This document shows positions 39,388 through 52,811 of a stretch of DNA of 54,678 nucleotides, piece after piece. The notes under the pieces were generated by a model that made no database searches, was not told the origin of the DNA, and saw only the letters and a list, made by a program, of their open reading frames with translations. This stretch comes from Octopus bimaculoides (lineage: Eukaryota), in assembly GCF_001194135.2 (NCBI RefSeq), contig NC_068982.1:160332709-160387386 (forward strand), in the 5' to 3' direction. Each line of letters opens with the position of its first letter. Position 1 is the first letter of the stretch. Position numbers and translations under genes: made by a program.

Positions 39388-39423
<36 letters not shown>

Positions 39424-41225
39424 CATATATATATANNNNNNNNNNNNNNNNNNNNNNNNNNNNNNATATATGTACAGATATATAAAACTTAGAAATTTTT
39501 AGTAATCCATGATAAAGACGAGAATTTTATTTCCTCGTTGCTGTTGCTGTTGTTCTTTTATGTGTGCATGTACGTATGTATGTGTGTACATATATTTCTG
39601 ATGACAATAAAAAACTATAGTTTTCTGATTTATGTTTATTAGTAGGGACCTGGCAGCAGTGAATTTATTAAACTATGAAAGATGAAAATAAGTAATAGTC
39701 TCTGTTGAGAATTGAACACATAAGTAAGGTTCGCATTTGATATCAAGAACAATAATGTTTAGTATGTTCCCATTTGCACATAATAACTGCTGTGTATAAA
39801 ATCGATGTATTGAATCTAGTTTTGTCCCGCACCATAGATCACCCAGTTTGTATTCAGCCGCACCGATAAAACATCACAGTCTCTTTTGTGTTTGTAAGAT
39901 TTGAAAATGCACGATCTTTACAAATTTACTGACCATTTAGGTTGATCGCTCCTTGTTAAATAGAAACCAATGTATTGAATCCATCCCATAAACTTTATAT
40001 CCCCCAAAGAGTGGGAGTATTTGACTAAGATTAAATCATTTATGGCCTCTGATTTAAAGATTATATCTCTGTTTGGTAAAAGATCACTCCAATGCACCAT
40101 TCTTGCATATCATGTATTCTGCCTACCCACTGAAGTGTTAAGACACATTTAGCAACTATTTTCGACTTAAGATAATTGTAATGTAAGAAGAAATCTTATT
40201 TTCTGCTTTTCACACAGCGTAATCTACCTCTACTCATTGATTTTCTATTTTGCTGCAAAAAATATGTGTAAATATATAATAAAAAATATCGAATTTACTG
40301 TCCTTCGGAAAAATAGATTTTTTCGTGGAGCATGAAACGTTATAGTCGGCAAGAATGTTAACTGTTACCAAGTTAGTGATCATAATGTAATATATTATAC
40401 CGCTCCAGCTTTGTCGTACATAATATATGGCTCTTCTACATTCTGTCGTATCAGATAAAACGGTTGCGTGAATCTCCTGTATGCCAGAACTGTGTCAATG
40501 TCATGCGATCTACCTGCTGTATTAGATATAAATCAGTCGAAGTTGAGCTATTTCACCTAGCAATAGATCAGACGTCATTCTATATATAATTAAGACTGAC
40601 TCCACTCATGTATATAACGTCCTAAAGAAATATAATGTAAACAAATTTATGGGTAATGGTATACGTGAGCGAAGTACAGCACTTACTGTGATTTAAATCC
40701 ATTTTATAATTTTAAACAATGATTTATGGTTACTAGGCGCTATCATTTGATTTGGACATTGCACTAAAATTCAAGTCTATATTAAATCATTCTCAATCTA
40801 CTAAGCAATTTTGAGATTCGAAGATCTAAATATAGTGTGTGTCGTGAAGGAAGTGCCGTGGCAAATATTCTTGGATTATTTAGCTTACTATAGATTTTCA
40901 TACATCATAAATATAAAAAGCAGAAATAATACATTTGAATGTAAATAGGAATTCAATGTTGTTACCGAGTCTTTTCCACAGCGTAGCAAGCCCCTCCATA
41001 TTAGCGAAGCGTATCAGTCGCTCGCATGAATCACTGCAACGATGATATTCATCTCGAGCCTGTATAAAGTGCATTTATAACCCGACAGGTTAATGAAGAG
41101 ATTCTATTTTGATTAAATCCAGGGTTTAATAACTTCTAATGGTATGTATACATTTAGTATGATATAGAGACGGCAATTTTTATTTAATACTAATTCACCA
41201 GCATATAGCATGTTTTCCATACATA

Positions 41226-41465
41226 TTTGAACCATTGTGGGTTAAGGCTGTTGGTGGTGGTGGGGAAAGATTGGACAAATGCTTTATAAAATTAGTGTGA
41301 CAGAATAGTAGACAAAGAGAGGAAATAAATAAGTAGGATAGTGAGGAGGGGGGGTAAAAGTGAAACTACGGTTAAGGGGAGACTACCATAGTCCACCCAT
41401 AACGGTATAAAGTATTTGTCCAACCTTTTTCCCCCCTCAACCGCCTTAACCCACAATGGTCCAAA
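41226..41465. mobile_element. MITE with ~60-bp imperfect TIRs and TA target-site duplication
   Basis: TTTGAACCATTGTGGGTTAAGGCTGTTG...GGGGAAAGATTGGACAAATGCTTTATA mirrors TATAAAGTATTTGTCCAACCTTTTTCCCC..CAACCGCCTTAACCCACAATGGTCCAAA; TA at 41224-25 and 41466-67. Confidence 0.8.
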
Positions 41466-42090
41466 TAGGGACCTCTCTAGGTTTTAATGACACTGTCGGC
41501 GATGTTCATTCCTTCACACGGTGCTTGTTTATATGTTTGTTTTATTTACAATGTCCTAAGCGGTTTTGGGCCACTTATAACATATATTACTTCTCCATAC
41601 TTCTGCTTTTTATTTACTTTTTTAAAATATCATCTACCCGTATAACGGTATTAATAGCTTGCCTTTTTATTTTAAATTTAACAGAACAATTATATCGAAA
41701 GCTGGACTTAGGTTGGTCTTTACAACATATCAGAAAGTAAATAATTGTAATTGATAGATGCGCATTTTATTAGTATAAGCTATTAATTAGTCTTATTAAT
41801 ATAATCTTAAACACTATTATGATTACTTCTAAACGTAATGGCACTATCACTCCCTCCTTTTCTTGACCTATTGGCATATCCCGTTATGGTAAAGTATTTA
41901 TGTTAGTTTTTTACTATTCATGCACATCGTTACCCCTAATGAAAGATTAACCCACCAAATAACATTTCTAGTCATTTACTCAACGTCCTGAGTTGTTACA
42001 CTACAACAAGGTACGATTTAAATATATCAAGCCTCCATTTTTCTTCTCGAGGCCCTACCTTTCTTCGTTTCTTTTCTTTTTTGCATTTTC

Positions 42091-42210
42091 TACACTCTGA
42101 TGAAGCTCCATGTTCTAGATCAGAAGTGTTACAATATATGACGAATATTATTCTCTGAATTTTCTAGGACAACAGCGTAGGGTATTGGAAGTAGAAACGG
42201 CTGTTAGATA
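42091..42210 (+). ncRNA. Hammerhead ribozyme-like motif with extended stem II, in a pyrimidine-rich PLE-terminal-repeat-like segment
   Basis: CTGATGA at 42097-42103, GAAAC at 42194-42198, near-palindromic ACGGCTGT stem III, GTT triplet at 42203-42205; the ~90-nt insert folds as GCTCCA/TGGAAGT, TGTTCTAGA/TCTAGGACA, TCAGA/TCTGA; stem I is only 2 bp (CT/AG). Confidence 0.5.
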
Positions 42211-42299
42211 GGGTAAAGTTTTGTATTAAAAAATAATAATCGATGTTAGTCAATTGTTGTTGATCAAGATTTCTCCATTTTCTGCTTAATTGATATTGT

Positions 42300-43097
<798 letters not shown>

Positions 43098-43179
43098 GTT
43101 AGCTGGCTGAATTGTTATCACGCCTGGTAAAGTGATTAGCAGCATTTCATCCATTTTTATGTCTGAACTGATATACAGC

Positions 43180-43310
43180 CGTGACAGACTTTGTCATTTA
43201 TCCCTTCGAGTTCGATAACTTAAATGCCAGTCAAGAACTGAGGTGAATGTAATCGACTTACCCCTCCCCTCAAAATCTGCTGGCTCTGAGCCCAAATTTG
43301 AAACCATTAT
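43180..43310 (+). mobile_element. SINE family B 3' half
   Basis: GACTTTGTCATTTATCCCTTCGAGTTCGATAACTTAAATGCC core and CCCTCCCCTCAAAATCTGCTGGCTCTGAGCCC tail. Confidence 0.6.
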
Positions 43311-43424
43311 TGTTTTATGCTTTCAGTAGAGTGTTACTTTATTAATTATTTAAAAAGCAATAGCATAAATATCAAGAATAATAAATGCTTAAAATTTTGG
43401 CTTAAGGCCAACAATAACGATAAT

Positions 43425-43560
43425 ATTCCTTTCTAATATAGGCACAAGGCCTGAAATTTTTGGGAGGGGGTTAGTTAATTAGGTCAACTACAGCGACCAA
43501 CTGGTATTTTTTCATCGGCCGTGAAATTATGAAAAGCAGGGCAGAGCTCAGCGGAATGCA
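43425..43560 (-). mobile_element. SINE family B 3' half
   Basis: TTCTAATATAGGCACAAGGCCTGAAATTTTTGGGAGGGG...AACTGGTATTTTTTCATCGGCC...CTCAGCGGAAT is the reverse complement of the family B tail and core. Confidence 0.7.
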
Positions 43561-44264
43561 TCAACAATAAGATACAATTATTATTTTGACTGCCTTAACT
43601 CTCGTGAGTTCATCTACAGTTTCACAGGGTTTTCTTGGCTTGTGGTGTGCCCAAGTAAAGAAAACAATCTCCTCGCCTACTATCTGCAGTGAGGTTTCGT
43701 TTTTAGTCGCAGACAGCTTGCGTTCTGGATGTTGTGTTGACATCATCCATTCAAATGGTGAGATTTCCTCTATTTTATCTAGCAATGGGAGGTTGCCACT
43801 GTCACGTGTACCACTGGGGTATAAAGCAAGAATAGAATGAATGCCATGACGTGTAACGGTGGTGGTGCTGGTGGAGCTTATACGTAACTCATTTATTTAG
43901 AGCAGTGAAAAAAAGAAGTACGGACGCCGAAAAATAAATTTAAATGAAAGAAAAGAGAGGAGAAATATAAATAGCGGAGCATAAATAGGAGTGAAAGATG
44001 AGAGAAAGTAATAACTTAATGTAGAACGAGAATATGGGAAAATGCATTTAAACTGACAAATCATTATTGTGAATTAATTCTTCCTCAGGCTTCATAGAGA
44101 CAGAGAAGAAACATATAGTCTATAAATAGAAGAAAATGATGTGACATAAATAAGAATGAAATGATACAAGCAGAGCACAATTAATATAGATGGGTAGCAG
44201 ATTAAAATAATTTACACAGGCAACTATTATCATTATCATCAATATCAATGTTAATAGTTATTTC

Positions 44265-44440
44265 TACTATAGAGACAATACCAGAAATTTTGTAGGCAAA
44301 GGACCAGCAATCAGCCGGTACTTATTTTATCGACCCCGAAAGAATGAATGACAAATTTGTCCTCGGTAAAATTTGAACTGGGAACATAAATCCAGAAGAA
44401 ATACCGCTAAACATTTGTTTCGGTCTTATTAACTACTACC
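44265..44440 (-). mobile_element. SINE family B copy
   Basis: GGTACTTATTTTATCGACCCCGAAAGAATGAA...CCTCGGTAAAATTTGAACT...AATACCGCTAAACATTT. Confidence 0.75.
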
Positions 44441-46604
44441 TGCAACTCAGCGTCTTGCTAACAATATCAATAATAATTTCTTCATTAGACGATCGAGCTC
44501 ACACAAAAACAAGTACAAAACCGTAGAAAATAGGAAATTGGAATTATGTGCAAATAAAATCCAGAAACGGCAAAGTACAAGGTGCATTCCAATTTTCTTA
44601 GAAGAGATATTAATTTCAAAGAAGTACAAAACGTTATCTAGCAATGTGAGGGTAGAATCAATGCCACGACGTGCACAGTTGTCACACCAACTCAGAATTG
44701 ATTGTCATTATAGACACACGACAGTCTTCATTCAGAAAATTTCGAAAGTTTTCAACTTGTTCTGATGATCTAACTTTCCTCTTCTCCTCGCAAACACACC
44801 TCTCGTCATCTCTCACCTCCTCTATACATTGCTTGAACTTCTTGTGCTAAAGGAAAACATTAACCCACAAGCAATCTGGTGCATTTCATAAGTTTCCGTT
44901 GTTTTTTCGCTCAGTTTCACACAAAATTTTATTGCATAACGAGCTTCCAAACGTTCTGACTGTATTATGTAAACCAGTCAGCTGTGACTAGCAATGTTTA
45001 ACAGGATGGGTTCAATGTACCGTTACAGCCGTCTCTTTCTACCTGGAATAACAAAAGATGGCGGTCAGATTACTAGAGGTATAGTAATTATATACTAAAA
45101 CTGCAATAATCTAGTAGTTTTATCTACGTTTCCTAAGAAAAGTCTCTTATCATTTGGAATGTACGTCATAAGAATAAATTTTTATATAAATTCCTCAATA
45201 TGAGACTGATCTTTAACGGATACTTATGGACGCCTCCAAAAAGCATACTAATCCTGACTTGGTTTGCCTCACTTATTTACCTTTCATGAAACTAAAACGT
45301 GGTGATGGTCTGATCGAAGAGGAACGACTCCAGCTCTTTGCATCTAGTCCACCAAATAGCAGCTTGCGCCATGGCTAGTGGACAGGTACGAGAAACTAGA
45401 TGGTATAATACCAAAAGTGAATAAAGGTTACATGAATGAACTATGGGGCATGGGAAATCATGCAGACCAGTAGATTAAGCTATTGCCCAGATATGATTGT
45501 CAAGATTGCAAGCAAGACAATAGTCTCCTAATATCCATTTCAAATATAATGGATAGAAATGAAGATTCTATGACAATATTTATGTATGGAAAGTTCAGTG
45601 TAGGGTAGAGGACGGAAGGGATTATTAATAGTTTGCAAAAACGTAATTAAATACCAAGGACATGCAATAATACACAGGATACACAAAAGAACGCAAATAC
45701 ACATTGTTAATATATTAGACACATGTTAATATATTCAATGCAGTGAGAATACAGTAGCATAACTATCCAATGAAGATGGTTACACGTCGTTGACCCACAA
45801 AATACAAATATGAGTTAAACACCGCTAAAAATCAAATCCTTGTTATAGAAAAGAAGGCGGAAAATATGGCCCTTGATTCTTTGCAGCTAAGTAAAAATTG
45901 GATCTGTAAGGCTGCAACACGTTTGCTTGAAGGTCTTCTGGGACAAGCCTCAGCTGGGGTCAACAACAACAACAACAATAGTGGAAAGAAGCTATCAAAA
46001 CTAAGGTGTATGGTTTTTAACTGTAGCGCAATAATACCATTGTACACAACACATACACCGAGACACACGCACGCACACACACACATGCATATATATATGC
46101 ATACACGTATACACACATACACGCATATATACATATACATATTCACACATACACACACACATGTATATGTAAATATATATATGTATGGATATCACGGCTG
46201 AAGTTGTCCATTACATTGATTCCGCCATGGCCTTCGGCGCAGTATTATTCCATTTCTGCTAACGTATATATACTTTAAATGTGTCTGCAACGTATCGAAC
46301 ATCAAACTAAGATTACGATTGTTACATGTCATGAATTTTATATTATTAAGCTAAATTACATTATGTCTTTGTTTTTATCCTTTATAACATATGGTGTATG
46401 CTCTTTCCAGTTTGTTACGTGACACATCGTTTTCTTTGATGAAGTTTCTTCGAAGACTGTTCATTTTCCCATTACTGTCATTTCTAATATTCTCTTCATT
46501 GATATCATTTTCACTGGTTTGCCCCTTCACTATCAACGCAGTCTCGTTTTGCATCAACATATTAAGAAATTCTTTCCCACTCTGTCTGATTGTCTGATTG
46601 TCTG

Positions 46605-46715
46605 TTTGTCTCTCTCTCTCTCTCTCTTTCTCTCTCTATCTCTCTCTCTATCTCTCTGTCTCTCTCTCTCTCTTTCGCTCTCTCTTTCTTTCTTCCTCTC
46701 TCTCTCTCTCTCTTT
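46605..46715. repeat. (CT)n microsatellite
   Basis: Degenerate CT/CTTT polypyrimidine tract. Confidence 0.95.
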
Positions 46716-46790
46716 AAGTATGCTTTCACTCCCTGCCTCTGTCCTAATGATGATTTCACTTTAGATATTTTGTATAAATACAGCTATGTG

Positions 46791-46826
<36 letters not shown>

Positions 46827-46931
46827 ATGCGTATATATATATATACATATATANNNNNNNNNNNNNNNNNNNNNNNNNNNNNNNNNNNNNNNNNNNNNNN
46901 NNNNNNNNNNNNNNNNNNNNNNNNNNNNNNN

Positions 46932-46970
<39 letters not shown>

Positions 46971-47328
46971 TATATATGTGTATATATGTATACATGTATG
47001 TTTGTGTGTATGTATGTATGTATGTATGTATGTATAAAGGTATGCATAAACCCAAAGACGCAGGCACAAACATACAATGTGAAAGAAAGAAGAGTGAAAA
47101 AGAGTCAGTGTGAAAGAAAGACGCGAACATAATGTAGTCCATTTGTGATGCTTAGCAATTTTTTGCTGAAGTTGGGTATTCAGTTTGCGGAACTGTACTG
47201 ATGTATATTTCAGACGATTTTCATTGTTAATCGATGATTTACTTTTCATTATATTTCCACCAAATTCTGATGATATGGAAATTTATATACATAAACTGTA
47301 TCTCACACAAATATATTTTATGCCTCAG

Positions 47329-47389
<61 letters not shown>

Positions 47390-48141
47390 CATATGAATGT
47401 GTACACACATATATATATATATATACACGTACAAACTTATATGCATACGACCACACACACTCTTTCTCTTTCTCCTACACACACATATATTAAGCAATAC
47501 TCAATTAACTTTGAAGTCATTGTGTCTAGTAGTTCAACTCATATCGGCAATAATAGGTTGTCTGCTAATGTGGTGGGGCATAATATTTCAAATGCGATTA
47601 CTATGAAACAGCTCTATTCTACAGGAGTCATTTGATCCATATGGAAAATAAATGGAAATATTCGCAATGTATGAATATCAATTACGCTAGCTTTAACACT
47701 GAGGTGGGGAAGAGCGGAGATATTTGGCTATTTGATATGTATTAAAGGCATGAATATAGTTTAAATATGAAAAGACATTTACCTTTGAATGTCGATTGTT
47801 TTAGAAATTAATATTGTGTTAGCAGCATAGATTTATGCTTAATAGAAAATTCATAATCTAAAGTGAATTATGTTTTAACTCCTACGTTGTTTTTTGTTTT
47901 AATATTTAGTCAGTCAAGCAGGGAAGCTTCCACATTGTATTTTCCATTGTAATGAAAAAAAAATTGTTAGCAGAAAGGAGAAAGACGAGAGACCCTGTAG
48001 AGATGCTTGTTCTTCTCAGCTAAAGGATTAAGCGGTAGTGTTCGACCTAGATCAGATGAGATTTGTGAGAAGATTAGAAAGAATTTGTATGCGTTTTCTT
48101 CGAAAATATAACGGTTTATTTAGACAAATAAACGTGGGTTA

Positions 48142-49349
48142 CGAGGGTCGGCTGAAAAGTTTATAGGCTGATCAAGGTACTTCCATGAAATGTTATCAAA
48201 TGGGGTTTATTTTTTAACATAGTCCTCCTTGTGGTCAACATACTTCTTCTATCGGTGTTGGTGAAGAAAGTCATCAACAACAACAAATATGACATCACTG
48301 CGATACAGGTTCCCAGCCAAATGTGTTTTTCATGTTTGAGAACAGATGATAGTCAGATGGCGTCATATCAGGAGAATAGGGAGGGTGAACAATCATTTCA
48401 AAGTAACAGCCATGCAAAGCAGCCATTGCAATTAAGGACCTGTGCACTGGAGAATTGTCCTGATGAAACAAAACCGCTTTCGTCAGTTTTCTTGAGTTTG
48501 GCCTTCATACGTTTCGTAACTTCTCCAGCAAGTTGGCATTGATGTTGTGACTCTTTTAAAGGTTCAATAAACAGAATGATTTTGCAGCTCCATAAACCGA
48601 TGCCTTCCCTGCAGATGAAACAATTTGGAACAGGTAAAGAGGAGCGTTTCCAATGCATGGATTGTCTCTTTGTATCCGGCTCACCGTGACAAAGCCAACA
48701 CTTAACCTCAGTTAGGAAACGTTGAAGGAAACTAGGTAGATCTGCCTCAAATAACAGCTGATTTTCCCGTTATATAATCACCTTGGTGCACTTTAATCAG
48801 GTGTCAGAGGACGTGGCAGCCATCGAGCAGAAACCTTTGTCATGCCAAGTTCATTGTGCAGAGTATCCTTAACTCTCTATCGAGATACGCCAACAGCGTT
48901 GGCTATTTGATTTAAAGTCAATAACCATGAGGTGAACCTGGTCAATATTCCCCTCTGTTGTGGCAGTTGCAGGACTTCCGGACCTTGTATCATCTTTAAG
49001 AATCTCCCTTCGAAATTCGGCTACCTACTTTTGCACTGTTGATAGAAAGTCAACAACAGATATGACAACGTGATAGAGTTGGAGCGTCATCCTTTGTGTA
49101 GCAACCGTGTCAGTATGAAAATACTTGTGGGCTAAACACGTTTCCTGCACATACTTGATAACACCATGATGCCACATTTTGTCCATTTTCAAGAGAAGTC
49201 GCTACAGTCAGATGCGAGTTTACCTGAAAAAGAAAACAACAAAAACATGAAGTTATTAATAGGAAGAGTTGAAATTAAAGCATGTAAAATTTGACAACTC
49301 TAGCATCACTCCTTCATAGTCAGCTGATGTACTTTTCAGTCTACCCTCG
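48142..49349 (-). mobile_element. Near full-length mariner (D,D34D-type) DNA transposon, degenerate transposase
   Basis: 30-bp TIRs (CGAGGGTCGGCTGAAAAGTTTATAGGCTGA vs CGAGGGTAGACTGAAAAGTACATCAGCTGA, 24/30), TA duplications at 48140-41 and 49350-51; remnants MDKMWHHGVIKY and LFHQDNSPVH...HPPYSPDMTPSDYHLF. Confidence 0.92.
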
Positions 49350-50421
49350 TATAAATTAGTGATTGTATGTTTATATTATGAAGAAAACCATGCAGTCCTC
49401 ATCTCACGAACTGTTTTAGATATTACTATTTTATTCCATTTTACCCCACGTTATTTGTTTTAAATTACAGCGAAAGTTAAATGTGTATATACGTTTGCTC
49501 GTTTGAAAAGAATACAAAGACATAATTGAACTGATCATTACCTTCTATAACACTAGATTGTTATACAAAACGTTTCCTGAAATATTCAAAGATTTATGTA
49601 TTATTGTAAGTTTATTTTTTCGTATTTGTCTGTAAGTTGCTTTGAAATCTAAGTTATATTCATCTGTGAAGAAAATACGATAATACAGATGTTTTCTTGT
49701 TTTAACGTTTCGTCTGATATATTTAAAAAATGTATATATTTGATTGTATTGAACACATGCTTAAAATAATACTAACTATACTTGGAGAGCAATACACACA
49801 AATAAACCTAAGACATATACTGGCGTAATGCTTGTATCTCTGGTTGTCTAAGAGTTCATGAGTTGATGCAAGTGTTGGTTTGATGTTTAGCCACATGTCA
49901 ATCTGGAACAAGCAGTAACATGATGAAAATAGGTTCAGCTTTCATTCCCTAATATTACACTTAAGACATTAAGTAGCAATTTAAATTTCATCGACAAATT
50001 TTTTTCATATGTTTTTTTTTTTTAATTCTACTAATAAACACCTTTATTCGATGAAAAGAATCGTATATAAATATGTTAATGCATTAAACAAAGACACTTT
50101 TCATAAATGTTGAGATGATGGTGAATGTAATTGGCTGTCTAATGGTAGAGCTATTGTCTTTCATGCTCGTTTTTGTTGTATTGTCTGATACCTGCATGTA
50201 AGGATAGACTGATGATTGAATTCCATCTCACATTTATCAATTTTATTTGTTTCCTTTGATAAAATAGAACCAGAATTATATCATGTAATGGGTTCTTCCT
50301 TCATAGACAGTAGGGTTTGTTATAATCCCTATACTTATGTATGTCATCAATAAAAGTAATAAATATACGTAGAATATCTAAATGAATATATACATGCTTG
50401 TGTATTGTGCTGGTGTGCGAA

Positions 50422-50480
<59 letters not shown>

Positions 50481-50486
50481 ATATAT

Positions 50487-51312
50487 AGTGTAGTATATTG
50501 CCACTTAAGTGTGGCTGACCCCTAAGGGTGGATGTTACTGTTGCTTTTAGCCCCAGGAGGACATCTCCTCCAGTTGGCTTATCGACACACGATTGTGTCC
50601 TGTTTGCCAAGGGAAGTTATCCCTCTCACCATGATCTGTAGCACGAACGGATCCGGATTTCAGGGTTATTTCCCTTCGTCGACGTTCGACAGCCACTGAC
50701 CTTGGTGAGAGANNNNNNNNNNNNNNNNNNNNNNNNNNNNNNNNNNNNNNNNNNNNNNNNNNNNNNNNNNNNNNNNNNNNNNNNNNNNNNNNNNNNNNNN
50801 NNNNNNNNNNNNNNNNNNNNNNNNNNNNNNNNNNNNNNNNNNNNNNNNNNNNNNNNNNNNNNNNNNNNNNNNNNNNNNNNNNNNNNNNNNNNNNNNNNNN
50901 NNNNNNNNNNNNNNNNNNNNNNNNNNNNNNNNNNNNNNNNNNNNCCTTCGTCGGCGTTCGACAGCCACTGACCTTGGTTAGAGAGACAAAATCCTGGCAA
51001 TCTTATATCTACTTTTCCAGTGAAATTCTTCACTGATATCGAAAAGGTGAAAACAAGCAATGTTAATTCTCTAAATGAAGTATTAACAATAACTGCACGA
51101 TAAAGTGTAGTATATTGCTACAGATCATGGTGAGAGGGATAACTTCCCTTGCCACACTTAAGTGGCAATATACTACACTTTATCGTGCAGTTATTGTTAA
51201 TACTTCATTTAGAGAATTAACATTGCTTGTTTTCACCTTTTCGATATCAGTGAAGAATTTCACTGGAAAAGTAGATATAAGATTGCCAGGATTTTGTCTC
51301 TCTCACCAAGGT
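50487..51312 (-). mobile_element. Retrozyme-like / PLE-terminal-repeat-like ~345-nt non-coding unit with type I HHR, in tandem and inverted arrangement
   Basis: Unit parts recur on both sides of the gap (50672-50712 vs 50945-50984); 148-bp inverted repeat 50971-51118 / 51165-51312 with 1 mismatch; spacer is the reverse complement of 50609-50642 joined to 50502-50515. Confidence 0.7.
50638..50696 (-). ncRNA. Type I hammerhead ribozyme-like motif
   Basis: GTGGC-tgt-CGAACG-TCGACGA-AGGG(aaataa)CCCT-GAAA-TCCGGA-TC|CGTTCG-t-GCTAC: perfect 6-bp stem I plus 5-bp extension, 4-bp stem II, palindromic stem III, AUC triplet; core deviates from CUGANGA (second partial copy at 50948-50954 reads CCGACGA). 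Confidence 0.7.
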
Positions 51313-52811
51313 AAAGGATATAAATTTTTTTTTTTTAATATAAGACAATGAATTGATGCTGAGCCAAAGACGTGATATGTTGAAAGGTAGATGTGAAGTA
51401 ATGTAGCAGGGAATTGATTTCCCAAAAGAGTGACTTATAAAAGAAAAGCATGCCAAGTATGGGAGAAAACCTAATCTATATGGTAAAATGCGTTTATGTA
51501 CCTGTGAAGTAGATTTTTGCGTGTATGACAAACGTGGATGGTGAAATTATATATGTGCATGTGTTAAGAAATCGGAAAGAAGTTTAGGCGTTACGTTGTA
51601 AGCGAATATATGTGGTGGTGCTGGTGGTGGTGGGTGTGGTGGTTATCCGTTGTTTGATGATCAGGAATCAGTTGCTCGATCAAATGAATTATCTCCTTCT
51701 GAAGTTATATATAAATGGTTGAGAATTCTGCAGACATGTGTATACTTCACGTAATTCTCAGGCATGACCATCATAATATAGGGTACGATAAAGTTGTACC
51801 ATAAATTATAGGTTAAATCCACTCGATGAGCTTCTCTTCAGTTTCCATCTCCCCAATTTTACGCACAAGTGATGGTTTTACTTGAGGTTATAGAAAAGGA
51901 AATTTTCTTCAAGTTGCCATGTAGTAGTATCGAACACGTGGCTGGCTTCACATTTGCAAAGCGAACTGCTTTTCTATTTGCTTATACTAGGAAAGTGTTA
52001 TGTATATGACGAGTAAAGCAAATTATTTGTTGATGGTATGTGCAAGTCATCAAGGGTGGAAATTGATTCTGCCCATGTCAGGAAGAGTGGTCATGTTTTC
52101 GAATTAAGATATGTGGAAATTATGTGCGCGAGCAAAAATATAACCCAATATGTGAGCAATGCGGAGTTCGAATACGTGCAGTATGAGAAATGCATGCTTT
52201 TCAGGTGTTATATAGTACGGCATTGGAATGTGGTAAATGGATGTGTATAAATAAATGGGTAGCGACTGTAGATTGTAAAGTGCGTGCGCGCGACTTTGTG
52301 TATTCAAAACAAATTACAAATCACAAACGGAATACGACAATGTGATAGGTTTTTCAAGAAAGTTGGCAAATACAAAACAGACGCCTCAGTTGTGAGAAGA
52401 GAATAGAAAATACTCAAATTAGGAAGCAAAAATCGAAAATTGGTGAATAATGTGACTATATAAAACTATGATAAATAATGACAACAAAAACCATGACAAG
52501 TGAAATACCCAGAGAAATTGATGGAGTTAGAAATGGAGAAAAACAAAATCATAACACCGGCTGAGATTTGCAGTCATTAAAGCTGAAATTGAAGGGTTCC
52601 TGAATACTACATATGATCGAACCATTACGTCTAGTAAACATGTAATCAAGTAGAAGATATTAAGTAACTGCAGTATATGTGGGGTTTGGCAGGAGACAAT
52701 TGACGCCATTCTTTTTTCCAAGCATAGCCAATGAACATTCTGTGAACATTTTATGTAAGTGCCTCAGTTTTGAAATGAAAATAACTACACTTTATGGAAT
52801 ACTAAGGGACG

